Positions 46,552-56,635 of a DNA stretch of 64,000 nt are shown here, in pieces. The stretch comes from a virus. A program made the translations under genes and the position numbers. How positions within the stretch are numbered: the first letter of the stretch is position 1; each line of letters opens with the position of its first letter. The notes beneath the pieces were generated by a model. The model had not been told where the DNA came from and did no database searches. It saw nothing but the letters and a program-made list of their open reading frames with translations. The stretch is taken from IMG/VR virus record IMGVR_UViG_3300008952_003529. One strand, written 5' to 3'.

Positions 46552-49008
46552 ATGTTAATAAGACCCATAATAACAACACCTATTATTACGATTCCTGAGA
46601 AGTATGTCGAAATGATTGATGTGACAGGCGAAACCGGCTCTAGGGAGTTCACCTATAAATTTACGTTCAGTCTCAATGTAACACAAGCCCTAAACAAAAA
46701 TGCGCTATTTTTAGAAATTGATTTGTTATCAAAAAAACCGGATCCACCCCAAGCCAGACCTGCTGCGGTATTGCCCAAGTCATTTCGTGGTTCAACAAAG
46801 GTTCTGGAAAGAACGTCGCAGAGTCTTCTTGCAGCGTTGATGGCGTCTCGATTTGCTTTTTCACGATCTGATATTACAGATGTAATACCCAATAGTACCG
46901 CTTCATCGATCGCCTCAGGAAAGAAGGCATTCGTTGTACCCTTGGTGAGACCGACTATACCCGTATTGAATACATCTCTTTTTGCGTTACCTATGTCATC
47001 TAGTTTGCCTCGAAAAACGAACGTAAGCTTGTCGAAGGTTTCACATTCATTTATCTCTACGCAACGAGACCCTGCTCAGATGGTCAGTATTAAGAATTCT
47101 CCACCTGCATCTCTTTCTTTTCTCAAAAAGGCCGACGCGTTGCGCGCTCAAAAGGTGATGTTTAGACCACCCAAAAAAATAATCGCTCCGAAGCGATTTA
47201 CAGTATTTTCTACAAAGGCTTCGATCAGCAGGAAAATCGTATTATCAGAAGCCGTTTTAGGTAGCAAGTCAAAATTTTATCTTCGCGTTAAACTTAAGTC
47301 TAATAAGGGTGTAACACTGTCTACGACGGCAGTTTGGTGCCCTCATGCAAAAATTTTAAATGATTTTTTAACTCCAACGATACCTCCAGAGCTTTTTGTG
47401 TCACAACCATCATCCGGAGAAATGTCTGTGGGAATTAGCCAGATAGACCCAAAGGCGACTAGAGTAAAACTATTCCGAAGAATCGCTCCTTCACCTTCGT
47501 CAAAAGGCTCTGAATGGAAGCTAATCTTAGACCAAGACCTCGAGGTAGGTGAGGGTGATACTAGATTTCGAGATCCAATTGCATCTCCAAATGCCATAAT
47601 GTATAGAGCATTGTGTCTTGGTACAAATTCTAGATCTGCAGAGAAATTTACTTCTCGGGTTATTACACCACGAAAAGAGATCCAGGTCAATTATCAAGGG
47701 AAGGGCTCAGCGACTGCTAGACTGGAATCAACTTCAATAGTTGTAAAAGTAACTGATTTTCCTGAAAATGCTGTCTCCGCAGGAGTCAGAAGGTATAATC
47801 TAACAACAAATTCATATTCGGAATTTCAAGCGCAAAAAGCTACTGGGTATATTCAGGTTGGCGCCACATTCGAAGCCCAGATTCAAGAAATAACGTCACA
47901 AGATGATACGCTAAGTTTTGTTGACACCCCGGTTTCTGGCTCCACACCGCTTCTTCCCGGATCAATTTATAAATACGTTCCTGTTACTTACACTTTATAT
48001 GGGAAAGAAGTCATTGGTAAGCCAGCGATTATCGATTTTGTATCTTCTGAAAGTGATAATGCAAAAGTGGCTTTAACTGTTGGTGCTGGTAGATTAGCAT
48101 CCTCAAAAACTGGCCAGTCTGTTTCTTTTACTCTCGCTGGAGCTTTTACAGAGTTTGGGTTTGAGGAAGTCGAAGCGGTTTTAAGTAACGCAAATCAAGC
48201 CGCCTTGTTTACTGGTGATATTTCTTCAAATCGAAGCAAATTTTCTTCTTTAATAACATTCTTAGTTGAGAGACAGAACATCAAAACGGGTGAAGTTGAG
48301 TCATTTGGTGTACAAGAATCGGGTCCATTTACCGATAATCAAGAATCTCAGCAAGCAAAGAATATTAAGCCTCTTGAGTCTGGTACACGTTACGCGTACA
48401 CAGTGACAGCTTGTATACGCCCTGCTGAAACATTGTTTCCCACCATCGCTGCACCAGAAGCGAATGCTACTACTCTAATGGCATTTACTAGATCTATACA
48501 AAAGTTTCGTGGTCCAATGCAACTACGCAAATCCACGTTGGCTTCCACGGCTCGTCAAACCGATTCATCGGCACCGAGTGCATTAGAGCCCTCTAATCCG
48601 ATGCTGGCTGGCAAAACATCTATTCAAAGCACTGTTGAGATTGCTATCCCTGGAACAGTCTCTAAGGGCTCGGCGGCGTCAATAGAGAAACGCATGACTC
48701 ATACCTTAATAAAGTGGATATATGTCGGTGATGTGAAATCTATAGACCATTTTCAAGTATTTCTTGTTGCTGATGGTGGGTTTGAGTTACTGGGCACAGT
48801 CCATGCAGATTTTTCTTCCTCCAATTTTTCTTTTCGACATTTTCTAGCTGAAGACGTGATATATGAGAGCAAATATTTTTACGAAGTTAAGGCAATAGGC
48901 TTAAACTTTAAAGAGGGCCAAAAGATGCGAACTCAATCTGCGGTTCAACAATCGTTTGGCGGAATTTCACCCCAGCTGCTTCAGGGCGCGAAGGTTATAC
49001 AAAGATAA
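46552..49008 (+). CDS. Putative structural protein with Fn3/Ig-like segments
   Basis: PTIPPEL...V.ISQ.DP.ATRVKLFRR...F.D...Y, and C-terminal LIKW.Y.GD..IDHFQV...YFYEV. Confidence 0.55.
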   Translation: MLIRPIITTPIITIPEKYVEMIDVTGETGSREFTYKFTFSLNVTQALNKNALFLEIDLLSKKPDPPQARPAAVLPKSFRGSTKVLERTSQSLLAALMASRFAFSRSDITDVIPNSTASSIASGKKAFVVPLVRPTIPVLNTSLFALPMSSSLPRKTNVSLSKVSHSFISTQRDPAQMVSIKNSPPASLSFLKKADALRAQKVMFRPPKKIIAPKRFTVFSTKASISRKIVLSEAVLGSKSKFYLRVKLKSNKGVTLSTTAVWCPHAKILNDFLTPTIPPELFVSQPSSGEMSVGISQIDPKATRVKLFRRIAPSPSSKGSEWKLILDQDLEVGEGDTRFRDPIASPNAIMYRALCLGTNSRSAEKFTSRVITPRKEIQVNYQGKGSATARLESTSIVVKVTDFPENAVSAGVRRYNLTTNSYSEFQAQKATGYIQVGATFEAQIQEITSQDDTLSFVDTPVSGSTPLLPGSIYKYVPVTYTLYGKEVIGKPAIIDFVSSESDNAKVALTVGAGRLASSKTGQSVSFTLAGAFTEFGFEEVEAVLSNANQAALFTGDISSNRSKFSSLITFLVERQNIKTGEVESFGVQESGPFTDNQESQQAKNIKPLESGTRYAYTVTACIRPAETLFPTIAAPEANATTLMAFTRSIQKFRGPMQLRKSTLASTARQTDSSAPSALEPSNPMLAGKTSIQSTVEIAIPGTVSKGSAASIEKRMTHTLIKWIYVGDVKSIDHFQVFLVADGGFELLGTVHADFSSSNFSFRHFLAEDVIYESKYFYEVKAIGLNFKEGQKMRTQSAVQQSFGGISPQLLQGAKVIQR

Positions 49009-52000
49009 TGCCAAATTTGTTAAAAAATGCAGATCTATCTCCGTTGACGAACGTTGACGAGACAGCGCAGCCAAGCCTTGCGCAGCTCTTGCTTAGCGAA
49101 GAAGCGTATGAAGCTCTTGTTGTAAAGAGGGCCGCCGAGCAGGCGTCTGCAAAAACAACAAAGTCCTCCCGCTCTGCGCGGTTATCCCGGACCAGAAGCG
49201 CATCAACGTCAACCCGCGGACAGGTTTCAGCAGGAATGCAAAAGTCTGAACAGCTGCGAAAAGAAAAGAGTCAACAAGAAGAAGCAAAGAAAAGGCTCGA
49301 GCAGTGGCAACTTCAGGAAGGAGCAAAGCATGGGGGGTCGACTCAAGCACCGGCTTTAAATAAGAAAAAAGACACAAGCTCATCACTAACCGAAACAAAA
49401 GAAAATTCATTAATAATAAATGAAAAGTTGCGCCCTGTTGTTTTTGGGCTTTTAGACTTTATGCCAACAGTGGACTCAAGTGGTAATTCAACTGTCGCGG
49501 GAGATATAATGAGCTTTAATAGGGCGATTAAAGTCTTAAATGCTGAACATATGCCTGATGACGCAAAGCGCTCAAACGAAGAAGACTCGGTACTAACACT
49601 ACAATGGCTAGATGAATACACACAATATGTGAATATGGTTGAAGCTTTTTTAACATCTCTAGATGCCAATAATTTTACATTTTTAGACGACATGCTCAGT
49701 TTTTTAGCTATTCAAAAGGAAAGCTCAACAACGTGCTCGAATACTCAGCTTTTGATAACAATTTTAAGAGATTATGCAGTCGCTGTTGAAAATTGTTCCC
49801 CGCGTCTATTTGAGACAGAAGAAAGAGAAATCCCCACCGCTGGTCCAGTACTACCCCCTAAACTGTCGGGAATTGACGCCGTTAGAGCTGTACTGAAATC
49901 CAGTACCGCATTTGATTATCTAGGTGCTGTTTTGGGCGATGATCAAGAGCGTGCTTTGAAGGTTCTGCTATATCAAATCAGCTCGGAGCTTAAACTATCT
50001 TACAATACATCAAAATATGGCTCCTCAGGAACAGCTGCATCTCTTCTTCAGACTCCAGCGACAACAAGCACGATTATCCCATCTAAAGTGGCATCTATGA
50101 ACTCAATGGGCCTGAAGCAATTTTTACCTGGAGATGCTTCATACTCTTTTTTGTTTCCATTTGAGAGACGAGATATTTTGCCAGATGACTCTAATATTAA
50201 ATTTGATTCTGCTCCGGATCTTGTGAGCAGAGAAGAGAGCATCGGCAGCACCGCACCAACAACCACCTATACGAAGATATCTTCACAGGCTAAAACAGCA
50301 TTTTCACAAGTTGCTGCGTTACTAGATACCGACGATTTTTCCTCTGATTACGCGCCTTCTGTTGGTGCGTTTATACTCATTGCTCAAAATGTAACACTCC
50401 CACTTTTAGAGCTATTGGGAAAAAAGAGCCCTGCTAGAAGGGATATAATAGAGTTTATATTTCTTGCTCTGGCGGCCGATAATGAGGAAGTGTTAGCGCA
50501 ATTGCTATTATTTCTAGCGGCATTGAAAGAAGAGCTAGCCAGACCGTCAACAGAAAGCAGTTTAGGAACTGTTCAGCGAGCTAAGGTGGTCGGGTCATTA
50601 GTTGCGACGAAAGAAATTGCGTCAAATTCGAAATTTGATTTTCAACAGTCAAAACTAGACACCGCTATCGCTCCTTCACCAGTTCAAGCGACCACAACAG
50701 TTGTCTCCACAAAAGTGTCTTCATTCGCACCCCTTATGTCGATAGGCTCTGTAGGGCTTATGAGCCCGACACCAAAGTCTGGTGGAATGTCGCTGAAGAA
50801 GTCAACGACAACAACCGCTGTAACAAGCACACTTGCAAATGCCGGATCGTCATTGGTAAAAGCAGTCACTGCTAGCGCAATAGTACAAGAGACGGCAGCT
50901 AAGGCAGACGGCTTACGTGTGGCGGCGGTTGTCCAACTGGATCCTACCGTCACCCCTCCAACCACCACCACACAGACATATTCAACTGCATGGTCTGACA
51001 TCTGTTCTGCAACTGCAGCATTATTATTGGAGGCTATGACTGGCGTAAGATCTTCCGGAACGATGACAGGTGCTGTTATTCCACTCGGTTTGCGAGAGAT
51101 TACAGATCAGTTAAGATCAATCTCCACCTCAGCAGAAGACACTGACGTTTTCATTTCTCTTCTTACATTATTTGACGATTTTCTTGAGATGTTTGCTTCC
51201 TCAGAGGGTGATTGTATCAGTGGGTCTTCTACAGTGTATGGCGGAATTTCTCGAGGTAATATTGAGATAGCTTTTTTCATGTGTGTATGTAAAATCCAGT
51301 ATTTTATTAGCAAAAATGTGTATACTCTTTCAACAAATACTACTAATAGCGATTCAACTGATGTTAAGCTGGACACTACGAAGTTAGAAGATTTAGATGA
51401 TGCACTCATTGACGCGTTCAGTGGAGATATAGATTTGGACAGTTTAGCAGTAGCGTCTGATTCTTTGGGTCGTGTTTTAGAAAGCCTAATTGACGAAGAG
51501 GCAGATGTTGCAACTTTTCCTGCTACATTCTCGGAATTTTTAGACAAGATTGGAGCTACGTTTGTTGCGCTAAGAGATATTTTAGACACAGATGGTGATG
51601 AAACAGTGGAAGGGGTTCAGGCATTACGTACCCGGGTTGAGGGAGGATTGCCCATTTCAAGAGATTTAGCAATGGAGCTACGATCCTTCCAGAATAGGTA
51701 CAATTCAGATATAGGCTCGATCTCAGAGACTAAAACAAAAGACTGGCCTGTTGATGACGTGTCAGCATTATTTCTTTCAAATATGCTAACTGAAGCGACT
51801 TTTTCTTCTACTAAGAAAGTTATGGCTATCGCAATCCCCGCGGGGTTGTGCGAGGCAATATACAACGTACCTGTTTCTCTTGAAGACTTGTCAAGGTCTG
51901 CTGAGGAGCTGTCAAAAACAACATTTGAGGTTGAGATAGAGAAGCTTGATCTGACCAGACCAAACCTGAAATTCACACCAAGGGTTTATTCTTTCGCTAG

Positions 52001-52784
52001 AAATGTAAGAATAAATAGCTTCTACAAGGTCAGCTCCGGTGTTGCTGATGCCTACTACGATGTATATACTGGTGAGGCAGACCCCATAGCGTATAATGAG
52101 GGATCCTTGACAGAGAGTGATAAGGGTCTAACTGCCATCTCATTTGATATGATATCTGAGCAGATTAATAATTTGAAGATCGATCAAGCATTAAAAATGT
52201 ACTCTTCGTTATTATATGATTTAAACTTTAGTTCGACGAACCATCCAATTGATGTCACATCTGCTGCTGCAATGAAAAAGAAGTTCATTTCAATTCCCGG
52301 TGCTGCTCGGCTAGACTATGACGGAGACGAATTTTTATCTGGTAGCAATCTTGCATGGGACTATCTCCATCGAGCAATACCTTCCTTTGACCAATGGTAT
52401 AAGCCCACTGGAGGTGAAGTCGAAAATCAATTAAACTTGGATGTCGATTTCAAGTCAGATCGTACTGCTTTTTCTTTGTGGGAATATTTAAGCTCAATGG
52501 GCGTTCTTAAGTTCTCCTCCGAAACAGCCGAACGTTTAAGTTTGGGCGCAAAATTTGAAAACGTTATCTTGATCCCATTTGATGTAGATTCATTCGAGGT
52601 GGACCCAGAAACGTTTGGTGACAATTATGAAAGTGAAAATAAAGCAAACGCATCACTCACTCTAGCTGAGGAAGAAGTGTCAATTGGTCTTGAGACATCG
52701 CAAGGTGTTGATTTAGCAACGTTTAGGGTGACTATACGTATTCCTGCTGAGGGCGACGAAGCTGGTGAGGAAAAGGAATCATGA
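49008..52784 (+). CDS. 1258-aa hypothetical virion-module protein with Ser/Thr-rich linker
   Basis: Intact ORF coupled to both neighbours (TAATG, ATGA); low-complexity S/T/A stretch at about 50680-51060. Confidence 0.65.
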   Translation: MPNLLKNADLSPLTNVDETAQPSLAQLLLSEEAYEALVVKRAAEQASAKTTKSSRSARLSRTRSASTSTRGQVSAGMQKSEQLRKEKSQQEEAKKRLEQWQLQEGAKHGGSTQAPALNKKKDTSSSLTETKENSLIINEKLRPVVFGLLDFMPTVDSSGNSTVAGDIMSFNRAIKVLNAEHMPDDAKRSNEEDSVLTLQWLDEYTQYVNMVEAFLTSLDANNFTFLDDMLSFLAIQKESSTTCSNTQLLITILRDYAVAVENCSPRLFETEEREIPTAGPVLPPKLSGIDAVRAVLKSSTAFDYLGAVLGDDQERALKVLLYQISSELKLSYNTSKYGSSGTAASLLQTPATTSTIIPSKVASMNSMGLKQFLPGDASYSFLFPFERRDILPDDSNIKFDSAPDLVSREESIGSTAPTTTYTKISSQAKTAFSQVAALLDTDDFSSDYAPSVGAFILIAQNVTLPLLELLGKKSPARRDIIEFIFLALAADNEEVLAQLLLFLAALKEELARPSTESSLGTVQRAKVVGSLVATKEIASNSKFDFQQSKLDTAIAPSPVQATTTVVSTKVSSFAPLMSIGSVGLMSPTPKSGGMSLKKSTTTTAVTSTLANAGSSLVKAVTASAIVQETAAKADGLRVAAVVQLDPTVTPPTTTTQTYSTAWSDICSATAALLLEAMTGVRSSGTMTGAVIPLGLREITDQLRSISTSAEDTDVFISLLTLFDDFLEMFASSEGDCISGSSTVYGGISRGNIEIAFFMCVCKIQYFISKNVYTLSTNTTNSDSTDVKLDTTKLEDLDDALIDAFSGDIDLDSLAVASDSLGRVLESLIDEEADVATFPATFSEFLDKIGATFVALRDILDTDGDETVEGVQALRTRVEGGLPISRDLAMELRSFQNRYNSDIGSISETKTKDWPVDDVSALFLSNMLTEATFSSTKKVMAIAIPAGLCEAIYNVPVSLEDLSRSAEELSKTTFEVEIEKLDLTRPNLKFTPRVYSFARNVRINSFYKVSSGVADAYYDVYTGEADPIAYNEGSLTESDKGLTAISFDMISEQINNLKIDQALKMYSSLLYDLNFSSTNHPIDVTSAAAMKKKFISIPGAARLDYDGDEFLSGSNLAWDYLHRAIPSFDQWYKPTGGEVENQLNLDVDFKSDRTAFSLWEYLSSMGVLKFSSETAERLSLGAKFENVILIPFDVDSFEVDPETFGDNYESENKANASLTLAEEEVSIGLETSQGVDLATFRVTIRIPAEGDEAGEEKES

Positions 52785-54592
52785 GTAGCGAGTCAATCGT
52801 CAGTCGGCCTTTACACTATTTTGATGTGCCAGAAGTAAATTCGCTCTCTGCAGATTTTTCCTATAACTTTTTTGTTTCTGATGAAAAAGTTAATGAGAGC
52901 GGAAATGAGGCTGTTAATGGAAATTTGTCATCTCGACTACTGAGAAAGGGTACCGCTGATATTACAAACCTGAATGCAAGGATACCTCGATATGTTTCCC
53001 TTGCATTTACAGTACAGGATACCCCTAAGAAGATTTTGGCTACAAAAAACTCTGCTATTCGTACAACACGCAGAGAAATCCAGGATGCGTTGGATGCCGG
53101 TAACATTTATACTGAAACCCAGGCAGCTGGATTAGATTTTGATGCCTATGTATTTGCCAATGATCAAGTTCCGACAAACTTAGACAATTTTTTTCGGCGA
53201 CGTTTAACAAGTTTTGGTGGCGAAGAGTCCTCGCCGCTTGATTTGTTAAGACAGCTGGCTGATATATCTAAAGTTAATTCTAACTTGCTAGAAGACATGT
53301 TGTCCCCCCAGCTTAAGGGAATGGACACTCACGGACAATGGCTCTCCAAAGAAAGGAAAAATTACGGGGTGGCCGTATTAAACACCAGCTACGCTCCTGC
53401 ATTTTTAAGAAAATCCTGTGAGAACGGAAGCTCTCTGAGAATTGATGACACCAATTATAAGTTTTGTACTGCTGTAGATAATTTGCAACCTGACCTCAAC
53501 AAGTATGTCAGTAATAGTGAGTACCTTTTTGATGTTCCCTTTACTGATATAGAATTAACACAGGACTCTACTTTTGTCGCAGAAGCAGATGTGATTGGGT
53601 ACATTTTTGAAAAAGTTCGCATCTATAAGGGCAAAAGGTATCCAATGCCTTCGGTGATAGTCGCAGGAGCGAGCGTACGTACAGGATATGATTCCGAAAT
53701 AGCATACGGCCAAACATACGAATATTCAGCTCGTACAATTGCCAAGTTTCGTGTTCCAATGACTGATTATGAAACGGGAGAAGTTTTTATTGGGACGTTC
53801 TTATTGGCTTCACGACCCTCAGCGGTATCGAAAACCACAATTACTGAAAATCGTCGACCAGACCCTCCAAGCGACATAAATTTCTATTTTGATTATGATG
53901 ATGAAAATGTTAAGATTACGTGGGCCCCACCTGTTAATCCCCAACGCGATGTAAAGTATCTTCAGCTCTTCCGTAGAAAAAGCGTTGAAGAGCCCTTCGA
54001 GCTACTAGTACATTATGATTGGGATGACTCTATTATACGAACCACGACTGAAGAATCGATTGATCCAGACTTGATAAAGACAGTATTGTCATGCCCAACC
54101 TACTATATAGATACTGAGTTTGACAAAGAGAAAACATTCATTTATGCTCTTGTTACAATAGATGCTCGTCAACTCTCTTCTACATACTCTACGCAGTATG
54201 AGGTTTCATTTGACGAGGCCAAGAATCGAATCCACAAAGGGTTTCTTTCATACGCAGGCGCCCCGAAGCAATATCCTAATTGGTTTTTAAAAGAAAACTT
54301 TTTTGTAGATTCCATAAAGGATAGCACACACAAACAATTAACGATTTACTTTAATCCTGAAACATACGGCCTAATAACTGACGGAGGTAACGAAATTTCT
54401 GCATTTTGTACGACATCAATGGACCCGTATAGCAAGTACGTTTTCCAGTTAATCAATACAGATCGGCTAGACGAAGCGCAGGTTGAAGTAGTAATAAACG
54501 ATGAGATATATCGCCGGTCTTTAATACCGGAAGATGGTGGAATGCTTAATAGACCAGTGTCTACTAGTTTGTCACCGTTGTGGGATAAGTAA
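52781..54592 (+). CDS. Putative structural protein with Fn3-like domain
   Basis: RPDPPSDINF..D....KITWAPPVNPQRDVKYLQLFRR...YALV; preceded by D.EIAYGQTYEY. Confidence 0.6.
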   Translation: MSSESIVSRPLHYFDVPEVNSLSADFSYNFFVSDEKVNESGNEAVNGNLSSRLLRKGTADITNLNARIPRYVSLAFTVQDTPKKILATKNSAIRTTRREIQDALDAGNIYTETQAAGLDFDAYVFANDQVPTNLDNFFRRRLTSFGGEESSPLDLLRQLADISKVNSNLLEDMLSPQLKGMDTHGQWLSKERKNYGVAVLNTSYAPAFLRKSCENGSSLRIDDTNYKFCTAVDNLQPDLNKYVSNSEYLFDVPFTDIELTQDSTFVAEADVIGYIFEKVRIYKGKRYPMPSVIVAGASVRTGYDSEIAYGQTYEYSARTIAKFRVPMTDYETGEVFIGTFLLASRPSAVSKTTITENRRPDPPSDINFYFDYDDENVKITWAPPVNPQRDVKYLQLFRRKSVEEPFELLVHYDWDDSIIRTTTEESIDPDLIKTVLSCPTYYIDTEFDKEKTFIYALVTIDARQLSSTYSTQYEVSFDEAKNRIHKGFLSYAGAPKQYPNWFLKENFFVDSIKDSTHKQLTIYFNPETYGLITDGGNEISAFCTTSMDPYSKYVFQLINTDRLDEAQVEVVINDEIYRRSLIPEDGGMLNRPVSTSLSPLWDK

Positions 54593-54628
54593 CTTTCTGA
54601 CGGTTAATAATTTACGCCATTCTATTTA

Positions 54629-54640
54629 TGGTATAATTAA
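54629..54640 (+). promoter_or_regulatory. Candidate late-promoter motif ATAATTAA overlapping an extended -10 (TGnTATAAT)
   Basis: TGGTATAAT at 54629-54637 and ATAATTAA at 54633-54640, 22 nt before ATG 54663; GGAG RBS. Confidence 0.55.
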
Positions 54641-54662
54641 GCGTGAGTGATGGAGATAATAC

Positions 54663-55370
54663 ATGGGATTTTTAGACAACAGCACCAATAATATTATAGT
54701 AGATGCAGTGCTAACAGATTATGGTAGACAACTGCTCGCGCGCAACGACGGAAGCTTTTCAATTGTTAAGTTTGCGCTCGGCGATGACGAGGTAGACTAC
54801 CTTACAATTAAAAAGTTTGGACGAACTGTCGGGAAAGAGAAGATAGAAAAAAATACACCCGTCTTTGAAGCACAAACAAACCAAAACCTGGCATTAAAAA
54901 ATAAGCTAATATCTCTCTCAAACCCAACTCTTATTAAGCTTCCCGGTATCAGTATGACTGGCGATGTGACAAGTAATAAGATGTCGTTTAAGAGAACAGG
55001 TTCAACAGCTACTCAAGCGATTACGCTTAGTCAAAATGTAACGGATGAAAACACTATCGATCCAGAATTAAGAGATCAAGCATTTATAGTGAAAATACCT
55101 TACAAATTTTTGGAGTTGGATGGAACAGATAATACGCCAGACTCTATTGACGGTGATGATATTGCTACATACATTGTGACCAGGGACAGTACTACAACGT
55201 CTATTGGTGGGTCTCAATTATCACTATCGATTAAGACCAGGTCAATTTCAGACAGCGTGTTTGATTATTATGGCGATGCCGACAACAAGGCGCAGATTTC
55301 CTCTACAATTCAAGTTACAGGAATTCAGTCGGGTGTGGTATCCGAATTAAGCATCGTAGTAGAAAAGTGA
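54663..55370 (+). CDS. Putative tail/baseplate structural protein
   Basis: IVDAVLTDYGRQLLA...KFALGDDEVDY resembles the 'T..G...LA...I.KFALGD' N-terminal fibre-attachment pattern. Confidence 0.6.
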   Translation: MGFLDNSTNNIIVDAVLTDYGRQLLARNDGSFSIVKFALGDDEVDYLTIKKFGRTVGKEKIEKNTPVFEAQTNQNLALKNKLISLSNPTLIKLPGISMTGDVTSNKMSFKRTGSTATQAITLSQNVTDENTIDPELRDQAFIVKIPYKFLELDGTDNTPDSIDGDDIATYIVTRDSTTTSIGGSQLSLSIKTRSISDSVFDYYGDADNKAQISSTIQVTGIQSGVVSELSIVVEK

Positions 55371-55381
55371 GGAAATAGCAA

Positions 55382-56626
55382 GTGGCAACATTTAAAGAAA
55401 TATCAGCAGCGGATGTAAAAACTTCTAAATCCGTTTTGAATCAATTGGTCGATGTAATCCAAGAAGACATATCTGGTTCAGCGACCAGAAAGAAGTACCA
55501 GCTTTTTGTGACGGGTGGTGTTGGTCCTGGTGTGACATCATCGATATACCAAACTGTGTTTGATCAAGACTTCTCTCTACAAACTTCAAATGCAATATTT
55601 GACACTACCGTCGGACTCTACGCAAAGGGTAGTCCTGTGGTTTCTTGCTCTTCTGGTACGGATTCCGCAGGAAAGCTTTTGTTTCCGTCTCAATCAATGA
55701 TGATGAGAGAAAAGATTGATGTCTATCAACAATACGCAGCAAATTTGCTCGGCGACGCCTCAACCGCGTTTTCGACGCCCTACGGCAGCTCAACATCCAC
55801 AGACCAGGTTGATGCTGCATTGTTTCTTTCGTTTAAGAGATTATTCACAAGAGACAAAATTAAGCGAGAGACTTTTGCAATGCGGATGTATTATTCGGGG
55901 ACGCTAAAGGAAAGTTCACCATGGCCATTTGGTCCAAACTTAAACGTCACATCAGAGTTAGATGAACGTATTTACACGGACTTCGGTGCAGCTTCAAACA
56001 GGCGCCGGACTTTCGGTGGCGAGGTCGGTGATTTAGTAGATGCGAATGATACAACTCGCTCTGTTGGGCTAGTTTTCTACGACACTGGAACCGTGGTCCT
56101 GAATGTTGATCGTATTATCAGCTCAAGCCAACCTGTAAGTGGAGTTATCGACGCAATGCGCTCTGGTCAAGTTTATGATGTACCTACCGGCCGTACAGTT
56201 ATCGGTGGCACAGCACACGGTTTTTATCCAAACTCCTTGAATCCCGATGCAACATTTTCTCCAGATTTTATGGTTTCTGGAAGCATCGACGATATTATTG
56301 ATTACTTTACAACAACCCGGTTCAGCTCAGGTTCTCTTACTGCCGCAACATTCCAGAATAACACGAATATTAATTCTACGTTACTTTTCTGTCGTGCTAC
56401 AGCAGACGAATTCAACTATTCTTCAAATCCAACTTATACAAACAGTGCAAACAGAATTGTAGTGATCGATGAAGGCCAAGAAGACGTTCAAAGGTCATTT
56501 TCGTTTATTACGACCGTTGGATTGTTCGACGCCAATGATAATCTCTTGGCAGTTGCGAAGCTATCGCGCCCAATCGAGAAGAATGATGAGAAGGATTTGA
56601 CGGTAAGAGTTAGACTAGATTTCTAG
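55382..56626 (+). CDS. Putative tail/baseplate protein with tail-collar-like C-terminus
   Basis: FNYSSNPTY...ITTVGLFDANDNLLAVAKLSRPI..VRVRLDF; GTG start. Confidence 0.65.
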   Translation: MATFKEISAADVKTSKSVLNQLVDVIQEDISGSATRKKYQLFVTGGVGPGVTSSIYQTVFDQDFSLQTSNAIFDTTVGLYAKGSPVVSCSSGTDSAGKLLFPSQSMMMREKIDVYQQYAANLLGDASTAFSTPYGSSTSTDQVDAALFLSFKRLFTRDKIKRETFAMRMYYSGTLKESSPWPFGPNLNVTSELDERIYTDFGAASNRRRTFGGEVGDLVDANDTTRSVGLVFYDTGTVVLNVDRIISSSQPVSGVIDAMRSGQVYDVPTGRTVIGGTAHGFYPNSLNPDATFSPDFMVSGSIDDIIDYFTTTRFSSGSLTAATFQNNTNINSTLLFCRATADEFNYSSNPTYTNSANRIVVIDEGQEDVQRSFSFITTVGLFDANDNLLAVAKLSRPIEKNDEKDLTVRVRLDF

Positions 56627-56635
56627 GGGGTAAAC

